Assembly: GCF_002113885.1 (NCBI RefSeq)
Contig: NW_018408539.1
Location: 177,183 to 241,182, forward strand
Length of the DNA stretch: 64,000 nt
Direction: 5' to 3'
Source of the DNA: Mizuhopecten yessoensis
Lineage: Eukaryota
The position numbers and the translations under genes are program-made. This document shows, piece after piece, positions 13,623 through 25,600 of the stretch; the first letter of the stretch is position 1, and the number at the start of each line of letters is the position of its first letter. The notes under the pieces were generated by a model, which saw only the letters and a program-made list of their open reading frames with translations, was not told where the DNA came from and did not search any database.

Positions 13623-16544
13623 CAAACACTTAAACAAAGTTATGTCAGAAAAGAAAAAAAAGGTGGGATCTAGGACAAGATAAATGACTTGGCTAATTCA
13701 GTGTCATTTTGAGGCTTCTCCACTTGCCTCAAATAAAGTGGAACAGACGTTATTTGAGGGAGTAAAATCTTATTTTGATCATTTTAGACATCTCTTGTGA
13801 ATGCAACTGGAGGTCATAGCTATGTTTTCACATAAAACCACAATGCATAATACGCATGACTGTATTCAGTTTTAAGGTCACAGTTATCAAACATAATGTC
13901 ATATGCCAGAAAGTATATAAACCGTTTTAATGACTCGATTTGTATCCTGTATTTATTTCCTGGATCATACCTGGATCATACCTGCACTGATACAGTATGA
14001 TTGGAGCCTAATAAGATTTCCGGAACACTTTTTCGTCACTTGGGGTATATAAATGTGAGTCGAAGATGTCTGTCGTTTGTGCTAGTATTTTTTCCTAGTC
14101 TATATCCATCAATTTATGTGTGTTTTCCTGTTTTTACTGCAAATATATGTTTTGCCAACATAATAAAAAACAGTTCGAACGCGTTATAATTCTGAAGATG
14201 TCACCGTCGTGTCATCATATTATGAAAAGTAATCATCATCATTTGTTCCAACATTTTATGCGCCCTTGATGATGTCACAGTGCACTGATATCACCATTAC
14301 AACATTTGTTTACAGTAAGAAAGTGTGGGAGAAAATAGGCATTCACTGTAGTGAGGTGAAGACAACGGACACACAACCACCAAGATGTTTATGTTTAGCA
14401 CAAGTCTCGAGTGTTACACTGTACCCTCGGTTTGAGATTCCCTGTCTCCACCACACAAGAGTATTAGATAATAATACTCTTTTTGAGTTTATTTTCATTT
14501 TTGTTGTTTTTTCCTCATTAGTTAATACTATATTATATTACATCCATGCTGGAATACTGCATCTGGAATTAATTGTTATTTAACTCCGAACTGCATAAAT
14601 AGCAGTAAAGGTGGAATTATTCATTCTTCTATATATATTCATTTGAATCATGTCTAAAATTTAGTTTTATTTGGAAGCACGCCTTTCGTTTTCATATGTT
14701 AAGTTGGTACCAAGTTTAGTTGTGTTTGGTGAGAAAAAGGCGAACTGTCATGAATGTATCCTCATCGATCTGATCTAATATCAAATACACGGTGCAATTT
14801 AAACGTGAAACAAACAATGAAACTCGTCTGTTATCAAAAATGTTCTGGGTTTTTGTTGTTAAAGTAGGTGGTACTAAAAATTAGAATTGCCACTTTAGCG
14901 TCGGAATAGTTTTACAGCAGCGAGTCATTAAATGCTTTCAGTTCATTTGCATCTATTAATGCACGTATGCATTACACTATTAAGCATTAGCACGTGATAA
15001 AAAAAATGTATACACTTTGTGTCTAGTCAGAAGCAAATTATACTAGGTGATTGAAATTCAATGATATATCTCATGACTGATTTAAAACAGTTAATAGAGT
15101 ATGCCCATTGTTAAATAATACGTCAATTGTGCTCTGTCACGACACAGTGTGTACCTTTAAATCTATTGTGAGATTGGATTGTTTTGTTTTACTCATAGGG
15201 GGGACAAAACGGGAGAACCGCGGTTTAGGTATATAATCGTGTATGCTTTGGACATGTGTGTAGGAGAGGACTAATTTTTAACTCAATTTCTCCTTTTGCT
15301 GTTTTTTCAATACATTTCGAGATGCTTTAGACATTGATTGTCATTTATTGGGTTTTTAGTATCACAGATGACGTAATTCGACTGGAAGAAATGCCTCATG
15401 GTGCAGTAAACATGCAATGTATTTTGCTTTCTACGTCGTCTTACTTTAAACAGTTGTTTCCTGATATCGTATTTGTTATGTTTGTATTATTTATGTATAA
15501 AAGATAGAAATGCTAGAATCTGCTCTGCTGTTGTGATCCAACGTAGACGGAGCTGATCACCTCATATACATTGTGTAAGACAAAACCAATGCTTGTTTGA
15601 ACGTAAACAATCTACCTAGCTGATGAAAGGGCATTCGAACACAAATGAAAAAACATGAGTCAGTTTATTATTCCATAATTCAATGTACTCTACTGGTCAC
15701 TAAATTTCGTTGTTACACAGTTAAAGTAAAATTTGAAATTACAAATGCTGCTTTACCACTGATGTCATCTATCAGATATTGGCCGGTACTTAAACTGCTT
15801 TCATGTATCAGTGATATTTTCCTGATTAGGAAGACTTCTGGAATGGCTTATACATGTATTTGAGTACATTGTATTCCCTAAAAGTAAAATAAATATGAAA
15901 TGTATCATAAATACTGCAGGAAAAACATTTTCATTCTAGCGCTGCTGAAAACAAGATAACTCAACCAAAGTGCCCCCTTCTGTGTTCCTCTTACATGTAT
16001 ACGGCATAGCTATGGTTCCTTCATAATGGTAGATTGTAAGCGGTCGTCCGCACTTCATGTCCATAAAATACGGAGGCCTTAAAACACCATGTGTTATACG
16101 TATACGTTATCGAATGATATGTTATCTACATTATAAGGTAATTTTCCATATCATGTTTTTGTAATAGAAAAATTACAAGCCAGCAAAACAGGAAACACCT
16201 AAGAATGGTATCCCTTAAGTTTTAGAGTTAGATCTTAATTTAGAATAATTCGTATGTGAAGATAACAATATTATATTCAAGTATATCTAATTTTTTAGAG
16301 ATATCTGTATTTCTGTTTGAGAGATATTTATTCTATTTAAAGATGTATGTTATATTAAAGATATCTGTACAAGTGTACCTCTATTTTGATAAGATATATA
16401 TCTATATTTCATTTTTATGGCTATGCCTTCGAAACTAAATTTTACGGCATGACTATAGCTTTGATAAATCTTTTTTGAAAAGGAAAGTATGCTTTTATAA
16501 AAACATAATGGAGAAGAAATAAATAAAAAATAACCCGGGTGTAA

Positions 16545-16625
16545 AATAGTCCACGGGGCAAGACAGAGATTCGAACCCTGAACTTCATATTGTTATTCCG
16601 TCGCTGAAACCGATTGAGCTACCTT
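16545..16625 (-). mobile_element. tRNA-like SINE head (decayed)
   Basis: Minus strand GGTAGCTCAATCGG ... GGTTCGAATC; no intact cloverleaf. Confidence 0.55.
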
Positions 16626-16677
16626 GACAACGAAAGTGTACGAACTAAAATTGCTACAGTTAATCTAAGCGGAAGTT

Positions 16678-17450
16678 AGGGGAGGTAACTGTATATAGGG
16701 GATACCAGAGTGCAGTGGGACAGGGATCCTTAAAGGGAGGTTACTGTATATAGGCAAACCCACAGTGTAGTTGGACAGGGATCCTTAAAGGGAGGTAACT
16801 GTATATAGGGGAAACCACAGTGTAGTGGGATAGGTATACTTAAAGGGAGGTAATTACTGAAAGTAGGAAAATTCAGTGTAGTGGGACAGGGGTCCCTAAA
16901 TGGAGGTTACTGTATATAGGGAAAACCACAGTGTACTGGGGCAGGGATCTTTAAAGGGAGGTTACTGTATATAGCGAAAACCACAGTGTAGTGGGGCAGG
17001 GATCCTTAAAGGGAGGTTACTGTATATAGGCAAAACCACAGTGTACTAGGGCAGGGATCCTTAAAGGGAGGTTACTGTATATAGCGAAAACCAAAGTGTA
17101 GTGGGACAGGGATACTTAAAGGGAGGTAATTACTGAAAGTAGGAAAAATCAGTGTAGTGGGACAGGAGTCCTTAAAGGGAGGTTACTGTATATAGGGAAA
17201 ACCACAGTGCAGTGGGACAGGGATCCTAAAGGGAGTTTACCGAATGTAGAAAAACCACAGCGTAGTGGGACAGGGATCCTTAAAGGGAGGTTACTGTGTA
17301 TAGCGAAAACCAAAGTGTAGTGGGACAAGGATACTTAAAGGGAGGTAATTACTGAAAGTAGGAAAAATCAGTGTAGTGGGACAGGAGTCCTTAAAGGGAG
17401 GTTACTGTATATAGGCAAAACCACAGTGTACTGGGGCAGGGATCCTTAAA
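16678..17450. repeat. Minisatellite, 55-bp unit (GGGATCCTTAAAGGGAGGTTACTGTATATAGGCAAAACCACAGTGTAGTGGGACA), about 14 copies with a recurring variant unit
   Basis: CCACA at 16981 and 17036; the variant GGTAATTACTGAAAGTAGG recurs three times. Confidence 0.96.
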
Positions 17451-17490
17451 CAAGGCTCAGGGTAAATAAATAGGACATCATATAACCGCA

Positions 17491-17624
17491 AATAACGTGG
17501 TCTTATACATACAATAACATGGTCTTACACATACAATAACATGGTCTTACACATACAATAACATGGTCTTACACATACAATAGCATGGTCTTACACATAC
17601 ACTAACATGGTCTTACACATACAA
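17491..17624. repeat. Minisatellite, 22-bp unit (ACATGGTCTTACACATACAATA), about 6 copies
   Basis: Direct periodicity. Confidence 0.95.
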
Positions 17625-18625
17625 GAAAATCCTTATATTGCCCTTCGGTCATTCCATACATTAACAATTTTCAATCTAATGATCGATACTTGAACATGAA
17701 CGATGCGTTTAGTTTATTGCTTTTTAGGGATCGTTATTAAGCCAAATATTAATGGATTACTGGACGGAAAGTAATGGTTAAGTGTGGTAAGTTAAAATCT
17801 GTGAAATAATTGGTTAGTGAAACACGTGGAGAATTATTTCTATTACATAACTCACTTGTTATGCTACGCATACGGCACTGAAACTCTGTTTCTTACGTTC
17901 TTTCAGCGGCATTACGTCGTATGATATAAGATAGAGCAGTTTTCATTGATCGATGCATCTGCGTTGTAAATGTGACGACACATTAACATCAATAAATGTG
18001 ACATCAGAGATATGATTACAGAAAACCGAAATGGTTGATTCTAATGTCAGTGTGATACATCATTTTTACTTATTTCAGTTTATCAAAGATTCCTTGTGGA
18101 AGCACTTTGTCAGTACGAGCCATATTTCAAATCCTTAATATATATTATCGACTCTTTTGATCAAATGTAATGATCAAGTCAGTGGTTTATATTACGACTT
18201 CCATACCCACGCATTTGTATAACAGCACCCAGTACCACGCTAATGTATGCACCGGATATCAGTTCAATCTTGGTGAGGCCCCCAGACGCGGTTTAGAAAT
18301 AATGCTATAAATAGAAACGTATATAAAATTGTATTTTAAAGTTTAATATAAAATTATATTTTTAAGTTTAATTTTATCTTTGTGTCTTTAATTGCATATT
18401 TACGGTTATTAAATGCAACAGAAAATCAGTTTCCACTGAATCGCAATTCATTTTTCACACATTAGCCAATGCATAAAAAAGCATAATCAAGCCAGATATA
18501 ATTTACTTCAAGTCTCTTGTCATTTGCTAAATATCAACAACAAAAAAATCATCTCATATTTTTATTTTATTTAGGTGACAATCCTCAGCTGACATTTTCA
18601 TCAGGGTATTACTATTACTACCGCC

Positions 18626-19756
18626 ATGGCACGAAGATTCACAATGCCTCCGCCACCGTCAGGAACATTCGACACTAATTATCCGCCGGTTGAAAAGTCG
18701 CACGATAAACAGCCAAACATAACAAAGTATGGCAAGACGAACTTAGGTGACCTACAGTATGATACAGTTTTCGGAAAAAAACGAAAATCACGAAAACCTA
18801 AGGAAATTGACCCATCAGTGGTTATAACTGACAATGGAAAAGTCCATCTGAATAGAATCAACTACGACTATTTGTTCAAAGATCAAGTACACAACAAAGG
18901 GGAAGTCAAACAGAAATCGTTCGGCAGGGTGCCTTATTACGGGCAAGCACATATCATCGCATCTTTTAAAACCTCCAGGAAACTTGGCGAAATTTCCAAA
19001 ATTTGGCCTATATCAGGTGACAGGGCCTGGGTGAATTCATATGGGGATACATATCTTACTCTTATCGACAAGAAGGGGAATCGTCTAACGATGACGCAAG
19101 ACTTTGGCCATAGGATATGGGATTTTGTTATCAATGGCAAAAGCAGGATGCTGCTCACCGTGGATCGCAGTGCTCATATCCACGCGATATCTTCCAACGG
19201 GGAGTTAAGTGTGGCTGGACACTTCCCTGGGTATCAGCCATACGGTATTTGTGTCATGATGGATGGAAATACCCTTGTTTGTATCCGGCCACTCGTGGGT
19301 ACAAAGGGACCAGCACGGTTGGTTACAATCAGTATCAACGGAGAAGTTTTGAAATACTTCGACACGCGCGCGGACGACACTCCGCTGTTTACCGAACCCT
19401 ACAGTGTGTCGAGCATCAGCAATGGAAAGATGTTCGTCCGAGATGGCGCGTCCAAGGTCGTGTGCGTAGACACAAAGGGTACTCACCTTTACACTTGGAC
19501 AGGGCAGAGCTTCGATAGGGAGGAAGACTTCCTCCCGTCCTGTCTATCATCTGACGCACACGGGTCGCTGATTGTATCGTCACGTGACGCCAACAAAGTA
19601 TATATCCTACCAATTGCCGGCAAGGGCCTTCGCTGTCTGCTGGACGCATCCCATGGCATGGAACATCCTCTTGGAATGGGGGTAGACGCCGAAGGACATC
19701 TCTGGGTTGCGTGCAAGGGCAGGAAAATACATATTGTCAAGTACCTTTCTCTTTGA
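18626..19756 (+). CDS. NHL-repeat / six-bladed beta-propeller protein related to the TRIM2/3/71-like C-terminal domain, with no RING or B-box; 376 aa, single coding exon
   Basis: Long ORF, GC-richer than its flanks. Kozak CCGCCATGG, in-frame stop upstream, acceptor TTTTATTTAG at 18574 (5' UTR intron), AATAAA at 19892. NHL-like blades PYGICVMMDGNTLVC, PSCLSSDAHGSLIVS, PLGMGVDAEGHLWVAC, ending IVKY. Confidence 0.88.
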   Translation: MARRFTMPPPPSGTFDTNYPPVEKSHDKQPNITKYGKTNLGDLQYDTVFGKKRKSRKPKEIDPSVVITDNGKVHLNRINYDYLFKDQVHNKGEVKQKSFGRVPYYGQAHIIASFKTSRKLGEISKIWPISGDRAWVNSYGDTYLTLIDKKGNRLTMTQDFGHRIWDFVINGKSRMLLTVDRSAHIHAISSNGELSVAGHFPGYQPYGICVMMDGNTLVCIRPLVGTKGPARLVTISINGEVLKYFDTRADDTPLFTEPYSVSSISNGKMFVRDGASKVVCVDTKGTHLYTWTGQSFDREEDFLPSCLSSDAHGSLIVSSRDANKVYILPIAGKGLRCLLDASHGMEHPLGMGVDAEGHLWVACKGRKIHIVKYLSL

Positions 19757-20497
19757 AGAAGGCAACATTCCTCTTTTACCCGTTTGGTTTACTTTATATA
19801 CATAGGTTAATATAAATGTTATATTTCTTATAGATGCGACTTATACATTTGTTTTCAATTGTGACATTTCACTTCATTGAATTTTAAAGATAATAAATAT
19901 AATCATCTCTTGTTTTTAAGTGATGTATTATCAATATTAGGAGTTTTTGTATCCGGTTGCGAATGTATTTTTTAATATCACAAATTATTAAAGAAGCGTC
20001 CATAACACTGATATTTAGTAAGAAATTTAGTTAATGATAGTATATTAATACCATTACAACGTGTGTTGAAAACAGAGGATACCCGAAGAGTGATTATTGA
20101 TTCTAAATTATGTTCATCCGAGATCAATATGAGAAACAAATTATGAAAGAAAAGGGAGAGGATAACAAGGATTGAACAAAGCCTTAATTCAAACTCAATG
20201 TAACCAAAACAAGGGGATTGGAAATGGGCAAATCTTTATCGGGGAAATATTACAATAACGTCACGTGCAATTTACTCATAACACAAAAGTAAGTAAAGTG
20301 TAGTACATGTAGTGACATCACATTACGTCACACTGGGAATCAGTAGTTTTGAACAAAATAATAAGTATGATTTCATCATTAGCCAGTGTAACAGGCCTGC
20401 TGGATGTTTGCATCAGTATAATGATTCAATCTTATTTCTTTTCATTTTCTCATTAAATCTATTGACAGTTCTTGTGTTTGGATTCATCAATGATATA

Positions 20498-20729
20498 TAA
20501 AGCCAGACAACAAAATATATGTTTCCTGTAATATATTGGAAAAAATAGGGAAGGTAGGTAGGCAACACATTTTATTTTGACAAATAATTGTATACGGTTT
20601 ATATAGGAGAGTGATCTTGACTTAAACAGTGCTTCTTTAAAATTTGCCCTAAAATGTTTCGGGAAGGCACAACAAAAATTAGGGTAGGTAGGGTTACCGG
20701 AAATACCAAATATTATTTTGTTTGGCCTA
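20498..20729. mobile_element. Short MITE-like element with imperfect TIRs and internal GGTAGGTAGG motifs
   Basis: TAAGCCAGACAACAAAATATATGTTTCCTGTAA is inverse-similar to TTACCGGAAATACCAAATATTATTTTGTTTGGCCTA. Confidence 0.5.
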
Positions 20730-21630
20730 ATCGTTTACAGCAACTGGGAACCCGTGGGGAAATTTTAATCAAAACCAGTTTTTAATCATAATAGCCTAGT
20801 TTTCGTGAATTGGATTAGACTACTGTATTTTATTGAAAGTTTCATTAAAAGAAATAAAAGCCGATTTTTGTTCTCCTTTCGGATCAACTCATTTTTGGCA
20901 AATCATCGATTTTAGCCGCTTATGACTGGTAAAGGAATAAATTGTTCGCAATTTCTAGCGATTTTATTTTCAGTCAGTCAAACGGCTAAACTTATAGCAA
21001 ATCATTCCATGATAATTTTATCTGCAGTTTAATATGCTCAAAAATAAATAGTTTTCCTATTTTAACCCTGAGAAAATATCGGAAGCAGCGGCTAATTTCA
21101 CTCCGACTTGCTTTTATCGGAGACAATACGATGTTACAATGTACACCGTGCACACCCCTTTTACCTTGTACATGCCCTAAGAAATTCTTCTCATTACATA
21201 ACTCAAACCTCACAGACACGTGTGTCCTGGAGATTCGTATACCATCATCGTTTTGTCTATTCGGTAGAAAAGAAGAGATTTGATATAAGTTGCTTATATC
21301 TCGGTCGTTATGTTTGCCCCGAAAACACGAAAAGACGAGAACTAAGGTTTCGCATGTGAATTCTCGTCTTTTCAGAACGAACGAGATTTTGGGGCAAAAA
21401 GACGAAACAACGAAATGGCACAAATCAACCAACATACTCTAGCAACTACAACATTCATATTTGCGGTGCTACTGACAGGAATCATGCAAGTTCCTTTTAT
21501 CATTGTTGATAATTCCATGGACATCATAGAAAAGTCGGGGTTGTACGGGTCTACAATAAGCTTGTGTCGATTGTTGAGTATAGGACTAGGAGTAGTAGTA
21601 TATTACACATTTTGCTCCGGAAAAGTCCTG

Positions 21631-21833
21631 GGGCCTGTTCGTTTATGCGGAACAACCGGTTTGACCGTTTATAAATGTAACAATTTCGGGTATAAATCCT
21701 GGCAGACCTGCAAATGTTTATGCAGGCCTTGCAAGGCTCGTCTGAAAGCAGCATCAGATTACTAGGTCCGACTTTATTTAATAAACGAACAACTGTGGTC
21801 CGACCGGTTTGATCGTTTAAACGAAAACGGCCC
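21631..21833. mobile_element. MITE with GGGCC...GGCCC termini (PIF/Harbinger-like, tentative)
   Basis: GGGCCTGTTCGTTTATGCGGAACAACCGG vs CCGGTTTGATCGTTTAAACGAAAACGGCCC; no clear TSD. Confidence 0.5.
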
Positions 21834-22500
21834 ATTAATCTTCTAGTTTTTTACTTAGAACTATATATGGGATGGGATATTTTAACATGGATATTTATTT
21901 TTTGTAACGGTTTCTTCTATTGTTATACGAACACGACCTGGGTGATAACTGATCGATTATTCAAATTCCTGTCATGAACCGGCATTAGACAAATATCTGG
22001 GGTGGTTTTTTTTCAAATGCATGATATAATTTTATGTTAAATAACAAAACCGATTAATTTTCCCGTTAAATGTCTGTTTAGTTCAATGAATCTTTTTTAT
22101 AATAGAATATTACTATCAAAATATTCTCTTTTTTAAGGTTGAAACCTCACGTATCACATTTGATGGAGAGTAATTCTCTGGTGTTCGATTTCAAGTTAGT
22201 GATCACCCGAAGAGACCGCAGTTTTAGCTTTTTTTACAATACGCACGTTAACGTTGGTCGGTCTACCGTATGCACTACATTTGTTTTTTGAACAGCTCTA
22301 TTGAAATGATCTCACGTATTGTCCTTTAAACACAGTCTAAGTTTAAGCTTTTTATACACGGTCGGGTTGTAGGATACATTAGCCCTTGAATTGGATTTCA
22401 TATCATTTCGTCAGACATAATTATCCACAAGGCATAGGGGAGGCAACTCTTGGTAATTTCTGTAACAAGCACTCTTCTGCGTGTGAAATAAAAAAACGCA

Positions 22501-22511
22501 CATTTCCGGTT
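22501..22511 (-). promoter_or_regulatory. ETS-type motif (ACCGGAAATG) about 45 bp upstream of the BRCC3 ATG
   Basis: Motif and position are typical of housekeeping-gene promoters; function not shown. Confidence 0.4.
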
Positions 22512-22550
22512 TCAGTCAGCGCACAAAAATTTCAGCAAAATATTTAGAAA

Positions 22551-22655
22551 ATGGCTATCAATTGCGTTCATTTGGAAGCTGATGCTTATATGGTTTGTCT
22601 CACACATGCTTTATCGACAGAACGGGAGGAAGTCATGGGTCTTTTAATTGGAGAG
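22551..22655 (+). CDS. BRCC3: BRCC3 exon 1
   Basis: MAINCVHLEADAYMVCLTHALSTEREEVMGLLIGE followed by GTAAGA donor. Confidence 0.96.
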
Positions 22656-25600
22656 GTAAGATACAGGACGAATCTGAGAAATACTCGTTGGCAGATCTCC
22701 GGGTCTGAAAATAAGATGCAATATTACAGGTTTAATTTCCCTACTTAAACAGTGTTAGGTAGCATAAGAGGCCGCTGGTCGGCCTTTTTTCTGTCGGATA
22801 TAATTTGGCCGACTGTTACACGGCGCCTGTCAAAAGTATCTCGCCGTGTAAACCTCTAACACTGTTGGACTAGGAGTACCCCTAGCCCTGACACATGACA
22901 GCCATTTTGACATATAGATGTACCAGTCTGTCTGTCAAAATGTATAATTCTGGTCTCAGGACCAAAGTCATAACCCACACTCAATGGTATAATGATGAAT
23001 TGTGGATGTCAAAAATATTGCGTTTGATTCATTGTAGTGAAACTGGAGTTCCCTGTAGATCTGGCCCCAACATAATTTTTATTCTATCCCAGTGGATGAC
23101 TCGAAACTTCTTCTGAAAAATACATGATGTATTACCAAAGTTTTTAACTAAAGTACCAATATAATATGTATTTTTATAAATGTTATGGAACATTTTATTA
23201 CCATCATCCTCAATCTTTATTTTATTAAAAGTCATTTTTATATATGTATTATACCCAAAATTGCTATAATTTGTTAGACAGATAATAGGTTGGTAGGGAC
23301 TGTCCAACCACCTGTTGTCTGTTCTACACACAAGTACCACAGTATAAATGTATATCTTATATTGTTACTTAATAACTGCAAGAATGACATCATCTTGCTT
23401 TATGATATGTACAGTGATACATATAACTGATATTTTAATATTACAAGTGGAAACAACATCATGCATAAGCCCCACATATATATATTATCAGAAGGGAATC
23501 ATATTTGCTAATGACAACTCCATCTTATACCGTCAAATAAAATAACATCTCATTTTGATGAAATAATATNATCAGAAGGAAATCATATTTGCTAATGACA
23601 ACTCCATCTTATACCGTCAAATAAAATAACATCTCATTTTGATGAAATAATATATCATCATCATATTTGACCAATTACAACTTATTCTATTCATATATAT
23701 ATTATTACGAGAAATTATACCATCTTATATTCATATTATAAGGTCAAATCCTTAGGACCTTTTGTTATCTAAGTAATTAAGATCTATACTAGAGGACCCC
23801 ATTGGAAATAAGCTGCCACCCAGCTTTCATGGGATATCCTAGGTTAAAGCTTAGTCAAACAGATACATTGTAATTATAGTGCTCCAAAATTTGTGATATT
23901 AACTTTGATGTGATAAGCTAAATACTGTGATAAATCTGTGATTATTATGCAATTGAAATCTGTGATCTTATGTGATATTTGTACCTGTATCTTGCTTTTA
24001 CCGAATAAATATTATTATTTAGAATACTTTGACAGATAGGAATATGTAGCATATATAGGGTGACCAGTTTCTGAGTCCTTATCTATAACCATCCAAAAAC
24101 ATCATTGCCGGATAAGTCTGCATGAGGTTGTAAAAACCATTGGTTTGATTATTCCCCAAATACTCTATTAAGGCACTTTACAACATGAAAATAGTATGTA
24201 CATGTATTCCTACAGTGACAGTTATAAATATAGTAGTTAAAAAAGGCATACAAATCAGCATTATACATAAGGTAACAGGACATTTATCTCCATATACAAA
24301 CACCTAATAAATTCTCAAAACCAGCACACACTCTTTCAGAAATAGATGTTGTAAAATTTTAACTACTCGTTGGCAAGCTTCTTTTAAATACGGCTGCTGC
24401 CACAATTATGTGAATGACCGGGACGTAATGGAAAAGACACGATGTATTACATCTTAGCAAGCTATTATTGATTCAAATTTATTTACTTTTACTGCCCATT
24501 AGCACTCATTTAATATATTTAATTTGAAAGAAAAACACTTGCCTTTAGATTGAAAAGGCCATATTTCCAATAAACTTTCTATTTACTCATTATATAAATA
24601 TTTGTGAAAACAGGTATAGATAGGACACCAAAAACAATCCTAAATACTCTGCAATAGCAATGTTCCTCGCGTCATCGCCAAACCCTGGCATTCTGTCGAA
24701 CCAACTTATACGTTTCTTGACACAGCTGATTAAAGGTGTATCAATGTTTATATAGCAATATATTCTAACTGTGTTCACCTATGCCAGAGACGTATAACAC
24801 ATACACGTCTCTGCCTATGCGAAGCCCTACCCTACGTACACAAATGTGGCACGGCGTATAGCTTAATATCTGTACATCGTATGAATTAAATTCACGATAA
24901 CTCAATCATTTTTCAACAAATCAAATTAAAATTTGGTATATAGTTGTATCATAGTCATAAGAATAACATATCTCATGATGTCGCTTACTTTATCAATTAT
25001 TTTAAGAGGTAAAGTCTGAAGACGCTTCTTGATCTGTACAGTTTTATTAACACACGTGTGCCAAGCCGACGATAGTAAAATAATAAATTCACGATAACTC
25101 GGTATTTTTTTCATATATCTAAGTGAAATTTGGTATAAAGGTGTATCATAGTTATATGAATAACATATCTTCTGATGTCGCTTACTTAATCGATTAATTT
25201 TAGAGATATGTTCTGAAGACGCTTCTTCATATGTTGAGTTCTATTCACACACGTATGCCACGCCGCCGATCGTAATAATAAATTAATCATAACTCGATCA
25301 TTTTTTCAAATATCGAACTGAAACTTGGAATATATATCAATAAAAGTCTAACTAATAACATATCCTCTGATGTCGCTTACTTTAGCGAGTAATTTTAACA
25401 ATATTATCTGGCGACGCTTTCTTCACTTTACATGCGATACACACATGTGCCACGCCGCAATCGTAAAAATTCAATTCATCATAACTCAGTCATTTTATTA
25501 AATATCAAATTGAAATTTGGTACAGAGGTGTATTATAGTCATATTAACAACATATCTTCTGATGTCGCTTACTTTATTCAATATTTTAAAAGATTTTGTC

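Noticed and set aside
18679-19740. Overlapping and antisense ORFs within the NHL gene
   Set aside because: These are shadow ORFs of a GC-richer coding exon with no recognisable motifs.
20992-21835. Cluster of 83-147 aa ORFs
   Set aside because: They overlap palindromic MITE-like sequence, with no protein motif or splice support.
23487-23653. Biological tandem duplication in BRCC3 intron 1
   Set aside because: The copies abut an N exactly, which is best explained as contig overlap.
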